Of a stretch of DNA of 64,000 bases, positions 1 to 8,970 are shown in pieces (position 1 is the stretch's first letter; each line of letters starts with the position of its first letter). The notes under the pieces were generated by a model. It had not been told where the DNA came from. It did no database searches and worked only from the letters and a program-made list of their open reading frames with translations. Made by a program: the position numbers and the translations under genes. Origin of the DNA: Pontiellaceae bacterium (GTDB lineage Bacteria; Verrucomicrobiota; Kiritimatiellia; Kiritimatiellales; Pontiellaceae); NCBI GenBank assembly GCA_016937945.1, contig JAFGVP010000102.1, positions 20,227-84,226 on the forward strand, written 5' to 3'.

Positions 1-157
1 GTCCACCCGGCCTCCGAGATAGGAAACAGCCATCATCCGGATCATGTTCTCTGCTTCCGCTTTTGCTGCCGGGCTCTCGGCCAGCTGGTAATGAATCCAC
101 AGGGAATCAGCCGAAGCACCAATCAGGGGACGAAGCTGTCGGCAGAGACGAAGGAGT

Positions 158-1060
158 TCATCCGTCACGTTCGTACCAGAGATTGTGGATCAGCACCTCC
201 TTGCGTTCCACGCCCCTCGTTCCTTCCGACACCTTGGTGTTGCCGAGCGAATACTTGGTTTCGATGGATTCTATCCTGAAGTCCGAAAAAATCATCCGCA
301 CTTCCGGCGTATCGTTGAGCGACAGGATAAAACTGCCGTTGATGGTCCTGAGCGTTTCGGCCAGCGTCCTGAAATCCTTTCCGGAAAAGGACACCGCATA
401 AAAGTCGGCATTCCAGTACGGCGGGTCGATGTAAAAGAACGTCTGCGGCGAATCATATTTTCTAATGCAGTCACACGCATCGAGGTTTTCAATGGTGGTA
501 CGAGCCATCCTTTTATGGGTTTCTCGAAGCTGCTCCTCGACAGACGGCAGGTTCAGGGAACTCGGTCGGGTGGAACTGGTGCCAAAGGTTCTATTCACCA
601 CTTTGCCGCCGTAACCCATCCGTTGCAGCCGGTAGTAACGAACCGCCCGCTGAACATCGGTAAGCAGGGACGGGTCCTGTTTCGACTCCAATTGAAACTG
701 TTCCCTCGAAACGAGGGTCAGGTCGATGCAGCGAAGGAATTCCGGCAGATGGTTTTTGACGACTCTCCAGAAATTAACCAGTTCTCCATCTCTATCATTG
801 AGGATTTCAACCCTGCTTTGCGGCTTGGTGAAATAGACCCAGGCTCCGCCGCAGAAAGGTTCCACATAACAGGTATGTTCCGGAATCCGTTCGACGATTC
901 GTTTGGCCAGGCGGGATTTTCCGCCGAGGTACCCCAGCGGACTCTTCATTGGTTTATCGATGATTGCGGTGTTTTGTTCTGCCGTGGTATCGGCGTTGGC
1001 ATCGGTTGTCGGGTCAGCGTTTGTTTCATCGCTGGTTGCTTGTGTGATTGTAGTGGTCAT
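158..1060 (-). CDS. Dam-family (D12 class) N6-adenine DNA methyltransferase
   Basis: Translation shows 'SPLGYLGGKSRLAKRIV...YVEPFCGGAWVYF' (Dam motif I / F-x-GG) and 'FFYIDPPYWNADF' (DPPY motif IV). The ORF track extends to 1177; I chose the first ATG (1058-1060), which begins a Thr/Ala/Asp-rich N-terminal extension. Confidence 0.8.
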   Translation of the reverse strand: MTTTITQATSDETNADPTTDANADTTAEQNTAIIDKPMKSPLGYLGGKSRLAKRIVERIPEHTCYVEPFCGGAWVYFTKPQSRVEILNDRDGELVNFWRVVKNHLPEFLRCIDLTLVSREQFQLESKQDPSLLTDVQRAVRYYRLQRMGYGGKVVNRTFGTSSTRPSSLNLPSVEEQLRETHKRMARTTIENLDACDCIRKYDSPQTFFYIDPPYWNADFYAVSFSGKDFRTLAETLRTINGSFILSLNDTPEVRMIFSDFRIESIETKYSLGNTKVSEGTRGVERKEVLIHNLWYERDG

Positions 1061-1511
1061 TTTGAATGGGATAACGTGCGGAAGGAAAGCGGGAGCTACC
1101 CGGTTGCGGCATCCTCCGGGGCATTGCCGACAGGAACCGGCTTCTTGCCTGGTTCCGTGAAAACCCTTCCCATGCATTGAGGAAGTCGCGCATCACCTGC
1201 GTCAGGTCGCGCCAGCATTCCGTGTTTTCCCGGCGTTTAGCGCTTCTGATCCGCTCCGCCTTTTCCCGGAGCTGTGCTTCAAGGCCCATGGTTCCAAGTC
1301 CCCGGTCAATGTTCGCCCGGTCGAGCTGGAGCAGGCTGCTGTCCACCGAAAGTTCTTCGCTCAGGAGCTCCTGAAGATGTCCGGCCCGAATCCGCAACCG
1401 CTCTATGATCTGGACCGCTGCGACCTCAAGCCGGGTCTCGGTCAGTTCGGAACGACCGTTCATCATGGATTCAATGGCAGATTGTGCAGAGGATTCCGGG
1501 AATTGTTTCAT
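1026..1511 (-). CDS. hypothetical protein; its 3' end overlaps the methyltransferase start
   Basis: 161-aa ORF directly upstream of the methyltransferase on the same strand, overlapping it by ~35 nt. No recognisable motifs. Could be a controller-like small protein or spurious. Confidence 0.3.
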   Translation of the reverse strand: MKQFPESSAQSAIESMMNGRSELTETRLEVAAVQIIERLRIRAGHLQELLSEELSVDSSLLQLDRANIDRGLGTMGLEAQLREKAERIRSAKRRENTECWRDLTQVMRDFLNAWEGFSRNQARSRFLSAMPRRMPQPGSSRFPSARYPIQNDHYNHTSNQR

Positions 1512-1525
1512 GGTCGGTACCGCAT

Positions 1526-1547
1526 GTTACCCTTGGAGGGAGGTAAC
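1526..1547. promoter_or_regulatory. inverted repeat GTTACC-N10-GGTAAC in the divergent intergenic region, a candidate operator for the wHTH regulator
   Basis: GTTACCcttggagggagGTAAC seen directly. Lies between the divergent hypothetical/methyltransferase operon and the regulator gene. Confidence 0.25.
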
Positions 1548-1683
1548 GGACGTATTCACTGAAAAGTGCTCGCACTCCCTTAAAAACAAAGTGCCGGATC
1601 ACTGGGATAGGACGAGCGCAATACTGTCAACTTCCCACCGATTCGTGGGCAAACATCTGTAACCATACGACGGTTCTTCTCGC

Positions 1684-2277
1684 ATGGATCAAAAACCGAC
1701 GTCCGAAAGCCCGGTCCGGGGCAGACAACGCCAGGCAGTCTATGCGGCCTTGAAACATCCGGCGACCGGAAGGCAGATTCTTGAAGCTGCCCGGAAGACA
1801 GCGCCATCCATGAGTTATCAGGACCTTCGCCACATTCTGCGTGATTTTCAGGACAAGGGACTCGTGATCTGCCTGAACCCGGAACAACAGACAGGACGAC
1901 TGTATTCATTGGCAAACTTTTGGGAAAATTTATCCCGAAACGCGACCTTGATTTACCTCTCTTCCCGAATAAGCCGGGCAAAAACACGGCTCGCCGTTTT
2001 AAAGGAGGTGGCCAAGGAACGTTTCTTTGAATCCCGGCCATTGACTGCAACAACAATCAGGAAACTGATGAGAGAGAGCTATCCGATGGGGCTCAACCAT
2101 GTACTGGCGGCGCTGAAATTCCTGGAGGGACATGGGGTCATTGAAGTCTGCGGATACACGGATAAGCGGGAGCTTAAAATCTACCGGATCACCAATCTCG
2201 GACGGAACGTCATGGAAGGATTGCTTCAGGAAAGAACTGATTCTGTCACGGAAAGTACCCCTAACAGAATGCCTTAA
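1684..2277 (+). CDS. putative winged-helix DNA-binding transcriptional regulator
   Basis: 197-aa protein with two wHTH-like segments ('YQDLRHILRDFQDKGLVICL...GRLYSL' and 'LNHVLAALKFLEGHGVIEV...KIYRITNLG'). Convergent with the large NTPase and overlaps its 3' end by 17 nt. Confidence 0.5.
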   Translation: MDQKPTSESPVRGRQRQAVYAALKHPATGRQILEAARKTAPSMSYQDLRHILRDFQDKGLVICLNPEQQTGRLYSLANFWENLSRNATLIYLSSRISRAKTRLAVLKEVAKERFFESRPLTATTIRKLMRESYPMGLNHVLAALKFLEGHGVIEVCGYTDKRELKIYRITNLGRNVMEGLLQERTDSVTESTPNRMP

Positions 2278-5200
2278 GATCTTTTTCCGTAACATAGGGA
2301 AAAAGAACCTCTGCGCGTTTGCTGATTTCAGCACGGAAGCTGGATTTCTTTTGCTCATGACAGCCAAAGTTATCCATCAACTCGGTTTCAATGAGGTTCA
2401 ATAGGTTTCCATATGCTTTTTGTAGCTCATCTATAGAATCCTGAAGATTTTTGATGTAGTTTTCAGCATTAGCTTTGTTTCCGTCCTTGGACGAAATCGG
2501 TTCGCATCCACAAGCAACCGGAAGCAGCTCGAACAATAACTTCAAAGGATCGCGAGCATCCATAAGCGCATCCCGGACGGCCACAGTGGTTGGTGATATG
2601 CTCTTGGTCTTTTGGGAGTACGGGGGCAAGCCTGCCACCAAGATGCACAATGGGCGAACCACATCCAATAATTCGGGTTCATTCGATAACTTTAAGATAT
2701 TTAAGACAGATGCCAGGCGTTCGAACGCATCAGTTCGCAACCCAGATACATTACAGTATTGGAATTCAAAAATTTCGGGTTTTTTAGTTAAGCGAAGGAA
2801 TTCGGCACCTGTTAGTTCACTGATAAATGTCCCGTTTTCATAACAGGCGATATTTTGCTTGTTGATCGCGTAGAAAATGGCGAGCAGTAGCGGGGCTAAA
2901 CCTCCCCTTATTCCGTATGGAGCCTCGGATAGCTCTCCTAGCAGAACATCGACTGAGACGGGGTCATCTACTTCATCCTTTAGGCGCTTTTCCAAGTAGC
3001 TAAACGTTGGTCTTAAGTTGAGGATGTCCATACGTTTACTTGGAATCTCAAAATGGGCTGATTCACCAGTCGAGACATGTAGTGCACCCGCTTGAAGTAC
3101 CGACATGTACATAGACATTTCTGGAGGCTTCTTAGTTTGATCCATTCCCAAGAAAGGCTTGTCCGGAAATTCCAAAACTCCCTCAATTAGGCGCATTCTT
3201 GCCGCGGCGGCCGCTGAGCTGATATTACGACGATTGATAAGCTCATTATTTATGAGCGGAGCCTCTTCATAAAGGTCATCGCAAATATCTGACAATGCGG
3301 ATATAAGGGCCTTGCCGGAAGAAACGTTAAGGGGTTCACCTTTCCAGAAGCACTTAAGTGAAAAGCTTCTACCAGTTTGATCAAATCCAATAGCATTACT
3401 GATGGCCTCTTCCAAGGCTAGTTCTGCTGCCACCCGTTTCCTGGATACGGTTTCCCGAGCGTATTTGTCCCCATTTAGCTCTGGGGTGTTTGTGGCGATC
3501 CACTCCCACACCTGAACCTCTCGAATGAGCGGAGTCAGCCTTTGGAGTTGCCCGGGAATAATCACCAGACAATTCCTTAGATCATTGAATTCGGAGGACT
3601 GAGCTTTTTTTATGGCCTCTGCAACATCTGCTTTATTTAAGCACAAGGGTGTGAGAGCTACACCGTCAGCATCGATTTCCAGCAAGCGTGATGGATCGGA
3701 CAAATCAGAGGGTTTGCAAAATGCGATCGGAAAGTGGCGCAAGTTACCGGTTTCTATGTAATGTCGCCTTGCCACAAGATTGGTATTCTCAAGGTGGGTT
3801 TTGATGAATTCGGTTGGGCTTGTTACTGGTCCAATCATGCTTTCGGCAGACTCTTGTGCCCTCTGCAAGTCAGCGCTTATGTGAGGCCATAGGCACAAGC
3901 CTCCTGCTCTTCCACGATCAAATAAAACGCGTTTACCCTCATCCGACTGGAGGGACTGCACGGCTGCATGAACTCTTTTGTCGTCTACCCGGCCAGTGAT
4001 GCAAAGTGAAACCACCTCCGGCGTCGCTTTAAGGTCGTTGTTGTTCAATAGATTAAACACGCCAACCGTTTTAACGATCTGCGCATGGAGCGGCTGATCC
4101 GTGATATACGAGCCGACCATCGAGTCGATGGTTGTCCAATGAGTCGATGAAAAGGATGAAGCTAGGTGGTGCCCAAGGTTCGAGTGAATATAATCGTAGA
4201 AATTATGTGTTCGATAGGGTTCGTTTTCGCTGAAACCCAGAAACGATTGCAACGCATATGCTTCACTTCCAAATAAAAAGCTAAAGATCGACCTTTGGTT
4301 TTGCCCGAATCTATGGAGAACTCGGCTAAGGAGAGGCAGCACAGATGGGTCTAATGGATATATTGTATGAGCAATTTTATTCAAGCTACCCATATTTGCC
4401 CCGGCACCATACCATCCTTGCTGAACCGCCTGATCCATGGCCTTGCGTGCATTTGTGATTTGCGATGGAGTGAGGTTTTTCGCGTCAACATTCAGGGCTT
4501 CGCTGACCAATGCTGTGGTCTGTTCCATCGGATGCTGAAACACGATTTCATCATATCTACCGGCAACCTTCTCCCATTCATGTTTTGCCGTTAGTCCTAG
4601 TGCAGATGCATATGCGCCAAATCCTTGGTGCAAAATTCCGATGATGAAAAATGGCGTGTTGCCGCTTCGTGATGCTTCTTCTGCCAAGCGTTGCATTAGA
4701 AATACATCACTTTCTCCGGCTTGTGATGCCGCAAACTCAAGGGATTTCCCTAGTTCGTCAATGATAAGAAGCAGACCTGTTCCTTTCTTGTCCGCTCTCA
4801 CTTTTTCATTTACAGCGGTCAGAAGCTCCAAAACCTCGCTATCGGTTAAGGATTCATGCTTAAGAATGGATGCGATTTTATTCCGACCTTGTCCAAACCC
4901 AGCAGGATAATGGTGCCTGATGGCATCCTCGATACCACGCCTGATCGTAGCGGACAAAGGCTCTCTAGAACCGGTAACGAGAATTGGGAGAAGATTGGGC
5001 TTCTCTGCATTGAGTCTTGAATAGGCCAGCTGGGTCGATAGTTTACCGGGGAACTTTCCCGCATGCCCGGCAAACCAATGGGCAAGGAGCAGGGCGAAGC
5101 TGGATTTGCCAGAACCATAGTCGCCAATGAGTCGCCAGCTTCTCTGACTCGAATCGCGACGCAGACCACTTGAAATTCTGCGCAGGCAATCGATAGCAAC

Positions 5201-5308
5201 ATCAGTCAGGACATATGAGGTTAGTGCCTTTCGGTCATAGAAATCCCGTTCTAGATGAGTAGAGCGGAGGAAGCGCTGGGGAGGCTTAATTCGGGGTTGG
5301 CTTTTCAT
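2261..5308 (-). CDS. large P-loop NTPase, BrxC/PglY-like or KAP-family-like (candidate defence ATPase, SspC-like)
   Basis: 1015 aa. Walker A 'GDYGSGKSSFALLLAHWF' (G-x-[WY]-G-x-GKS-x-F, as in KAP/BrxC NTPases). Walker B 'LLLIIDELGKS'. Low-GC sequence compared with the flanks. Start overlaps the stop of the upstream DUF4007-like gene (operon). Confidence 0.75.
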   Translation of the reverse strand: MKSQPRIKPPQRFLRSTHLERDFYDRKALTSYVLTDVAIDCLRRISSGLRRDSSQRSWRLIGDYGSGKSSFALLLAHWFAGHAGKFPGKLSTQLAYSRLNAEKPNLLPILVTGSREPLSATIRRGIEDAIRHHYPAGFGQGRNKIASILKHESLTDSEVLELLTAVNEKVRADKKGTGLLLIIDELGKSLEFAASQAGESDVFLMQRLAEEASRSGNTPFFIIGILHQGFGAYASALGLTAKHEWEKVAGRYDEIVFQHPMEQTTALVSEALNVDAKNLTPSQITNARKAMDQAVQQGWYGAGANMGSLNKIAHTIYPLDPSVLPLLSRVLHRFGQNQRSIFSFLFGSEAYALQSFLGFSENEPYRTHNFYDYIHSNLGHHLASSFSSTHWTTIDSMVGSYITDQPLHAQIVKTVGVFNLLNNNDLKATPEVVSLCITGRVDDKRVHAAVQSLQSDEGKRVLFDRGRAGGLCLWPHISADLQRAQESAESMIGPVTSPTEFIKTHLENTNLVARRHYIETGNLRHFPIAFCKPSDLSDPSRLLEIDADGVALTPLCLNKADVAEAIKKAQSSEFNDLRNCLVIIPGQLQRLTPLIREVQVWEWIATNTPELNGDKYARETVSRKRVAAELALEEAISNAIGFDQTGRSFSLKCFWKGEPLNVSSGKALISALSDICDDLYEEAPLINNELINRRNISSAAAAARMRLIEGVLEFPDKPFLGMDQTKKPPEMSMYMSVLQAGALHVSTGESAHFEIPSKRMDILNLRPTFSYLEKRLKDEVDDPVSVDVLLGELSEAPYGIRGGLAPLLLAIFYAINKQNIACYENGTFISELTGAEFLRLTKKPEIFEFQYCNVSGLRTDAFERLASVLNILKLSNEPELLDVVRPLCILVAGLPPYSQKTKSISPTTVAVRDALMDARDPLKLLFELLPVACGCEPISSKDGNKANAENYIKNLQDSIDELQKAYGNLLNLIETELMDNFGCHEQKKSSFRAEISKRAEVLFPYVTEKDLKAFC

Positions 5309-6216
5309 TCGTAAATTTCCCGCAATAACTCAGTGAGTGCCTGATCAAAATCGTCGAATTTTCTTTCAAGTGATCGGCTCGTAGACGAATCCGTGAAAAC
5401 AAAATAATCAGAATAGTTACCCAAGTCATTGAGCCGTTCTTGGATGCCTTCCCCGGAAAGCTTTAATATTTGTCCGGGACTACCAATATCGTTGACGATT
5501 TGTTCGAACGACAGCGTCCGCTCATCTGTGGCATTGAGGCACCAGTAATCTGTCAGGCAGTAAAGAAATAGTCCGAGGCTAATCTCAGGTTTTTCGCCTC
5601 GCCGGAAGGTATAGATTGGTTCTTTCCTGCCAAAGGAACCGTCTCGATCCCCTGCATATTCAATCAAGCGAAGTTGTACCAGTGGGCAGTCGAGATTATC
5701 TTCCACCACTTTATTCTTTTTCCCACGGGTTGGTACGTATGTGTGTAAAAAGACGCTTAACATGCTATCGAGGGAGTTTTTCGATAGCTTATGACTGCCT
5801 TCCAAATCTCGAATCATCATCGGCAGAATAACCGAGCCAACCATTTCTGATTCTTGCCACCGGTTTAACAAATAGTGCCACGCAAAAAGAGGCTCAGGTG
5901 CTGTCGAGAGTCGCCAGTGCAATAACCACAACGTTTGCGAGTCCTCTAGGTACGGATCAAGTCCATCAATGGGATCCAGCAAATCTCCCCCGAAAGGAGT
6001 CACCTCATATGCCCGTCCGCCATGGGACTCTATGATTCCGAGAAGCAAAGCCCAGAATCGGATGGAGCGAACCATATTCTTTCCTACACCAAGCAGCACC
6101 ATCGCCTGGTCTTCATCGGAAAAAACATCTCCATATGCTTTTACGGCATTATATGCCTTTGGTAGCCATGCATATCTAAATGCAAACGTCTCATGCCCGG
6201 AAAACTTGAAATCCAC
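5305..6216 (-). CDS. DUF4007-like protein (SspB-like candidate)
   Basis: 303 aa. N-terminus 'MDFKFSGHETFAFRYAWLPKAY', which I recall as characteristic of DUF4007 (the SspB family of the Ssp phosphorothioation system). GTG start with a GAGGG Shine-Dalgarno 7 nt upstream. Translationally coupled to the NTPase. Confidence 0.65.
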   Translation of the reverse strand: MDFKFSGHETFAFRYAWLPKAYNAVKAYGDVFSDEDQAMVLLGVGKNMVRSIRFWALLLGIIESHGGRAYEVTPFGGDLLDPIDGLDPYLEDSQTLWLLHWRLSTAPEPLFAWHYLLNRWQESEMVGSVILPMMIRDLEGSHKLSKNSLDSMLSVFLHTYVPTRGKKNKVVEDNLDCPLVQLRLIEYAGDRDGSFGRKEPIYTFRRGEKPEISLGLFLYCLTDYWCLNATDERTLSFEQIVNDIGSPGQILKLSGEGIQERLNDLGNYSDYFVFTDSSTSRSLERKFDDFDQALTELLREIYE

Positions 6217-7005
6217 AATAACCCTCGCTTAAGCCCAAAGGAGTCTGTCTCATAAATAAATGATCTGCTATGCGAAAAGCAAACTTCTGAAAGCCTTTGT
6301 GCCACATAGTGGCCACCATCAAACGTAATGTTTGCATAAATAATGGAAAAGGTACGAGCCAAGCCGACATTCCGCAAGCCCAACCCTATGGGAAGATATT
6401 ACCCGTTAGCTGCCTCGCAACTAGGAGTTTTAGTATTTTTTACTAACGAAGGGAGTATGCCAAGGAACCGACTAGTAGGGCGAATGCTCAGCAGTCACAA
6501 GTTTCAGAAAAAGGGGCGCTTTGCCTAAATCTCTATCGTCGTGTGCCGCTACGCCAGATTTCCACACCCAGAACATCAAAAAAAGTCCTATGAAGCACAA
6601 GGTGAAGGAGCATAACTAAAACCGTCTTCAAAGGTTCGCTTTTCCACTAGACTGGTGTCCTTGTTGGATGCATTGGGGATTAGTCTACAGTGCCGATGGA
6701 CTAAAAGTTCGCATTTCCATCAAGAATAGGGACCGGTCAAGATGTTCAGGGGTGCATGAAATTCCGGGCATTGAACTCATGGTTCGCATTGCCACCAAGA
6801 AAGGTGGCCAGTCGAGATATAACAGGGGTGTAACTCCAGAGAAGGCGGAGAGCGAACGGAGAATATGCCGCGATGCGGCGGTTTTAAGTGACCAGTTTTA
6901 GGTGTTTAGCGGGGATGGAGAAAACCCGAAATACCGCATTTATTGGCAAAAATGCTCGTAAAAATCAAAAAGCGAACCTCCGAAGAAGTTCGCTGGTTGA
7001 AAAAT

Positions 7006-7083
7006 TGGTCGGAGCGACAAGATTCGAACTTGCGACCTCTACCACCCCAAGGTAGCGCTCTAGCCAGGCTGAGCTACGCCCCG
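7006..7083 (-). tRNA. tRNA-Pro (anticodon GGG)
   Basis: Reverse complement gives CGGGGCG...CTACC-TTGGGGT-GGTAG...GGTCGCAAGTTCGAATCTTGTCGCTCCGACCA. The 7-bp acceptor stem has one G-U pair, the T-arm is GTTCGAATC, and a CCA is encoded. Anticodon loop TTGGGGT gives GGG. Confidence 0.85.
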
Positions 7084-7203
7084 AATTCCGTTTTGTATCG
7101 GAATTGAAGGCGAGGAACGTATCACGAGGGACAGGATGCGTCAACGCCGTCGGCATTAAAAATCGCGCCCCTTTTTCTTTTAAATACGCATCGACACTCT
7201 ACA

Positions 7204-8940
7204 ATGTACGCCATGAACAAAATTCCTACTATTACTGACGATCAACTGGAAAAATATTCATCGGCGATCTCCCTGTCGGACATGGAGATTTTTGTATTTC
7301 CGGAACTGCTTTACAGCCTGGTGCTGGCCAACATGATGTCGCCGCGCATCTGGGAGTGGAAAAACCACGATTGGTTCCGCAAACTCGATAATATGTCGCC
7401 TTATAAAAAGATCCAGCGGCTCAAGCAGTTCATCATCGACAACTATGAATTTAATCTGGATCTGGATACCTGGGGCCTGACCACCAAGCAGTCCGAGATC
7501 GAACGTTTTTCTCCCTACATGGACGAGAAAACCATCAGCCGGAGCAATGCCCTGTTCGGTTACGAGGGAGACAAACACTATTTCTCGCTCGATATCCGCA
7601 AACACTTTGGCCTGGATAAATATACTTCCAATATTATTCCCTTCTGGAAAACGGAGACGCTGGAGGCGATGGATGCGTTTAAGTTCAAGGATGAATACCG
7701 CGTTGGAGCCGGTGAATGCGTATCGCTCTCTACACTTTATGCGGCGGCGCTGTTTATCGTATGCGACATCCCGCTGGAGGATATTTTCCTGCTGGCAACT
7801 CCACTTCATTCACAGAATTTTGTAAACGTGAATGAGGGGATTCTAACCAACAACCGGCGTCTTGTGACCAAAAACATGTGGTTTAACGGAACCGACCTAA
7901 CAGCCAAGGCACAACGCGCGCTACGTAACGAGCAGGTTACTATCGTCGCGAACAATACGGGCTATATTCACACGGTTTATCCTGAAGCCACGATTTCTCC
8001 GAAGAGCTTTGAGACGTTCCGTCAGAAACTGGATGAATTCACAACGTCGGAAATCACCTTCGAAATCATTGCCAACTTCCTGCGCGACCGGTCGGAATAC
8101 CAGAAGTGTTTCCAGATCCGTTACATGCGGCATGGAAAGGCGCAATATCTTCCCATTGAACGGGCATTTGCCTACGAACACGGCTCTCCCTATAAGGTGT
8201 CGGACGATGCAACCCGCGATAAACTGCTGGAAGAAATCGATGAATATGACTTTTACACGGAACCGATTGCCGACCGCATTCTCCTCAACAAGCTGTCGGA
8301 TTACCTGAGAAACAACCCGATCTCACACTTTGATGAAAAGAGCATGACCGAGCTGGCGGAAACCATCGACTGCACCAACGACATGAGCCGCAAGATGTCG
8401 GTCATCGAAGGTCTGATTGACTTTATTCATCTTGAGCCGGAGTTGCCGGACGTAGGCAGCAAGCAGTTTGCCGGACCAGGCCCCATTTCCATAAAGCCCG
8501 GAATGACACGAGAGGAAATTATTCACTATCTGGAGGGATTGCGTGAAACCCACATGATTGCCGATCTGGCCTTCTATGCCTACCGCGATCTGGCAGTAAC
8601 CGACTGGAAGCCCTTCCTTAAAGCCGCGCTAGAACGAAACCCCGTGATTACGGAGGCCACGAATACCCTGTCTGACAGAGAGCTTATTGAAATCCTGCAG
8701 GCTCTTCCGAACGAATCGATCTATGGCGGAAGCCGCGTTGCCCAGCCGGACGAAGTCTGGAACTTCCAGCGGGGTGATGGACTGGAACGTGCAATCGCAC
8801 TGGCCGACGCGTGGAAACAACGACATACCAACGATCCGATTCATCTAGAGTCATCAGAAGGCCGTGTCACCCTGATGATGGGCGAAACGGAAGTTGTTTT
8901 TGAGTCATTCAAAGGCCTCACAAAATCGATCGATTTATAG
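7204..8940 (+). CDS. hypothetical protein, possibly transglutaminase-like cysteine peptidase superfamily
   Basis: 578 aa. 'RVGAGECVSLSTLYAAALFIVCDIP' resembles the transglutaminase-core G-x-C-x-x-[FL]-[AS] ... G-I-P motif, followed by 'LHSQNFVNV' (candidate His). Confidence 0.55.
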   Translation: MYAMNKIPTITDDQLEKYSSAISLSDMEIFVFPELLYSLVLANMMSPRIWEWKNHDWFRKLDNMSPYKKIQRLKQFIIDNYEFNLDLDTWGLTTKQSEIERFSPYMDEKTISRSNALFGYEGDKHYFSLDIRKHFGLDKYTSNIIPFWKTETLEAMDAFKFKDEYRVGAGECVSLSTLYAAALFIVCDIPLEDIFLLATPLHSQNFVNVNEGILTNNRRLVTKNMWFNGTDLTAKAQRALRNEQVTIVANNTGYIHTVYPEATISPKSFETFRQKLDEFTTSEITFEIIANFLRDRSEYQKCFQIRYMRHGKAQYLPIERAFAYEHGSPYKVSDDATRDKLLEEIDEYDFYTEPIADRILLNKLSDYLRNNPISHFDEKSMTELAETIDCTNDMSRKMSVIEGLIDFIHLEPELPDVGSKQFAGPGPISIKPGMTREEIIHYLEGLRETHMIADLAFYAYRDLAVTDWKPFLKAALERNPVITEATNTLSDRELIEILQALPNESIYGGSRVAQPDEVWNFQRGDGLERAIALADAWKQRHTNDPIHLESSEGRVTLMMGETEVVFESFKGLTKSIDL

Positions 8941-8970
8941 GCCCGCATCAGGGCTGCGGTCGACTTCAGC

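Noticed and set aside
185-1180. 331-aa + strand ORF
   Set aside because: Entirely antisense to the well-supported Dam-family methyltransferase. No motifs. Typical high-GC antisense artefact.
6343-6901. short ORFs (61 and 77 aa) in the island-tRNA gap
   Set aside because: No Shine-Dalgarno or motif support. The region is AT-rich and non-coding-like. More likely att/integration scar or regulatory DNA than genes.
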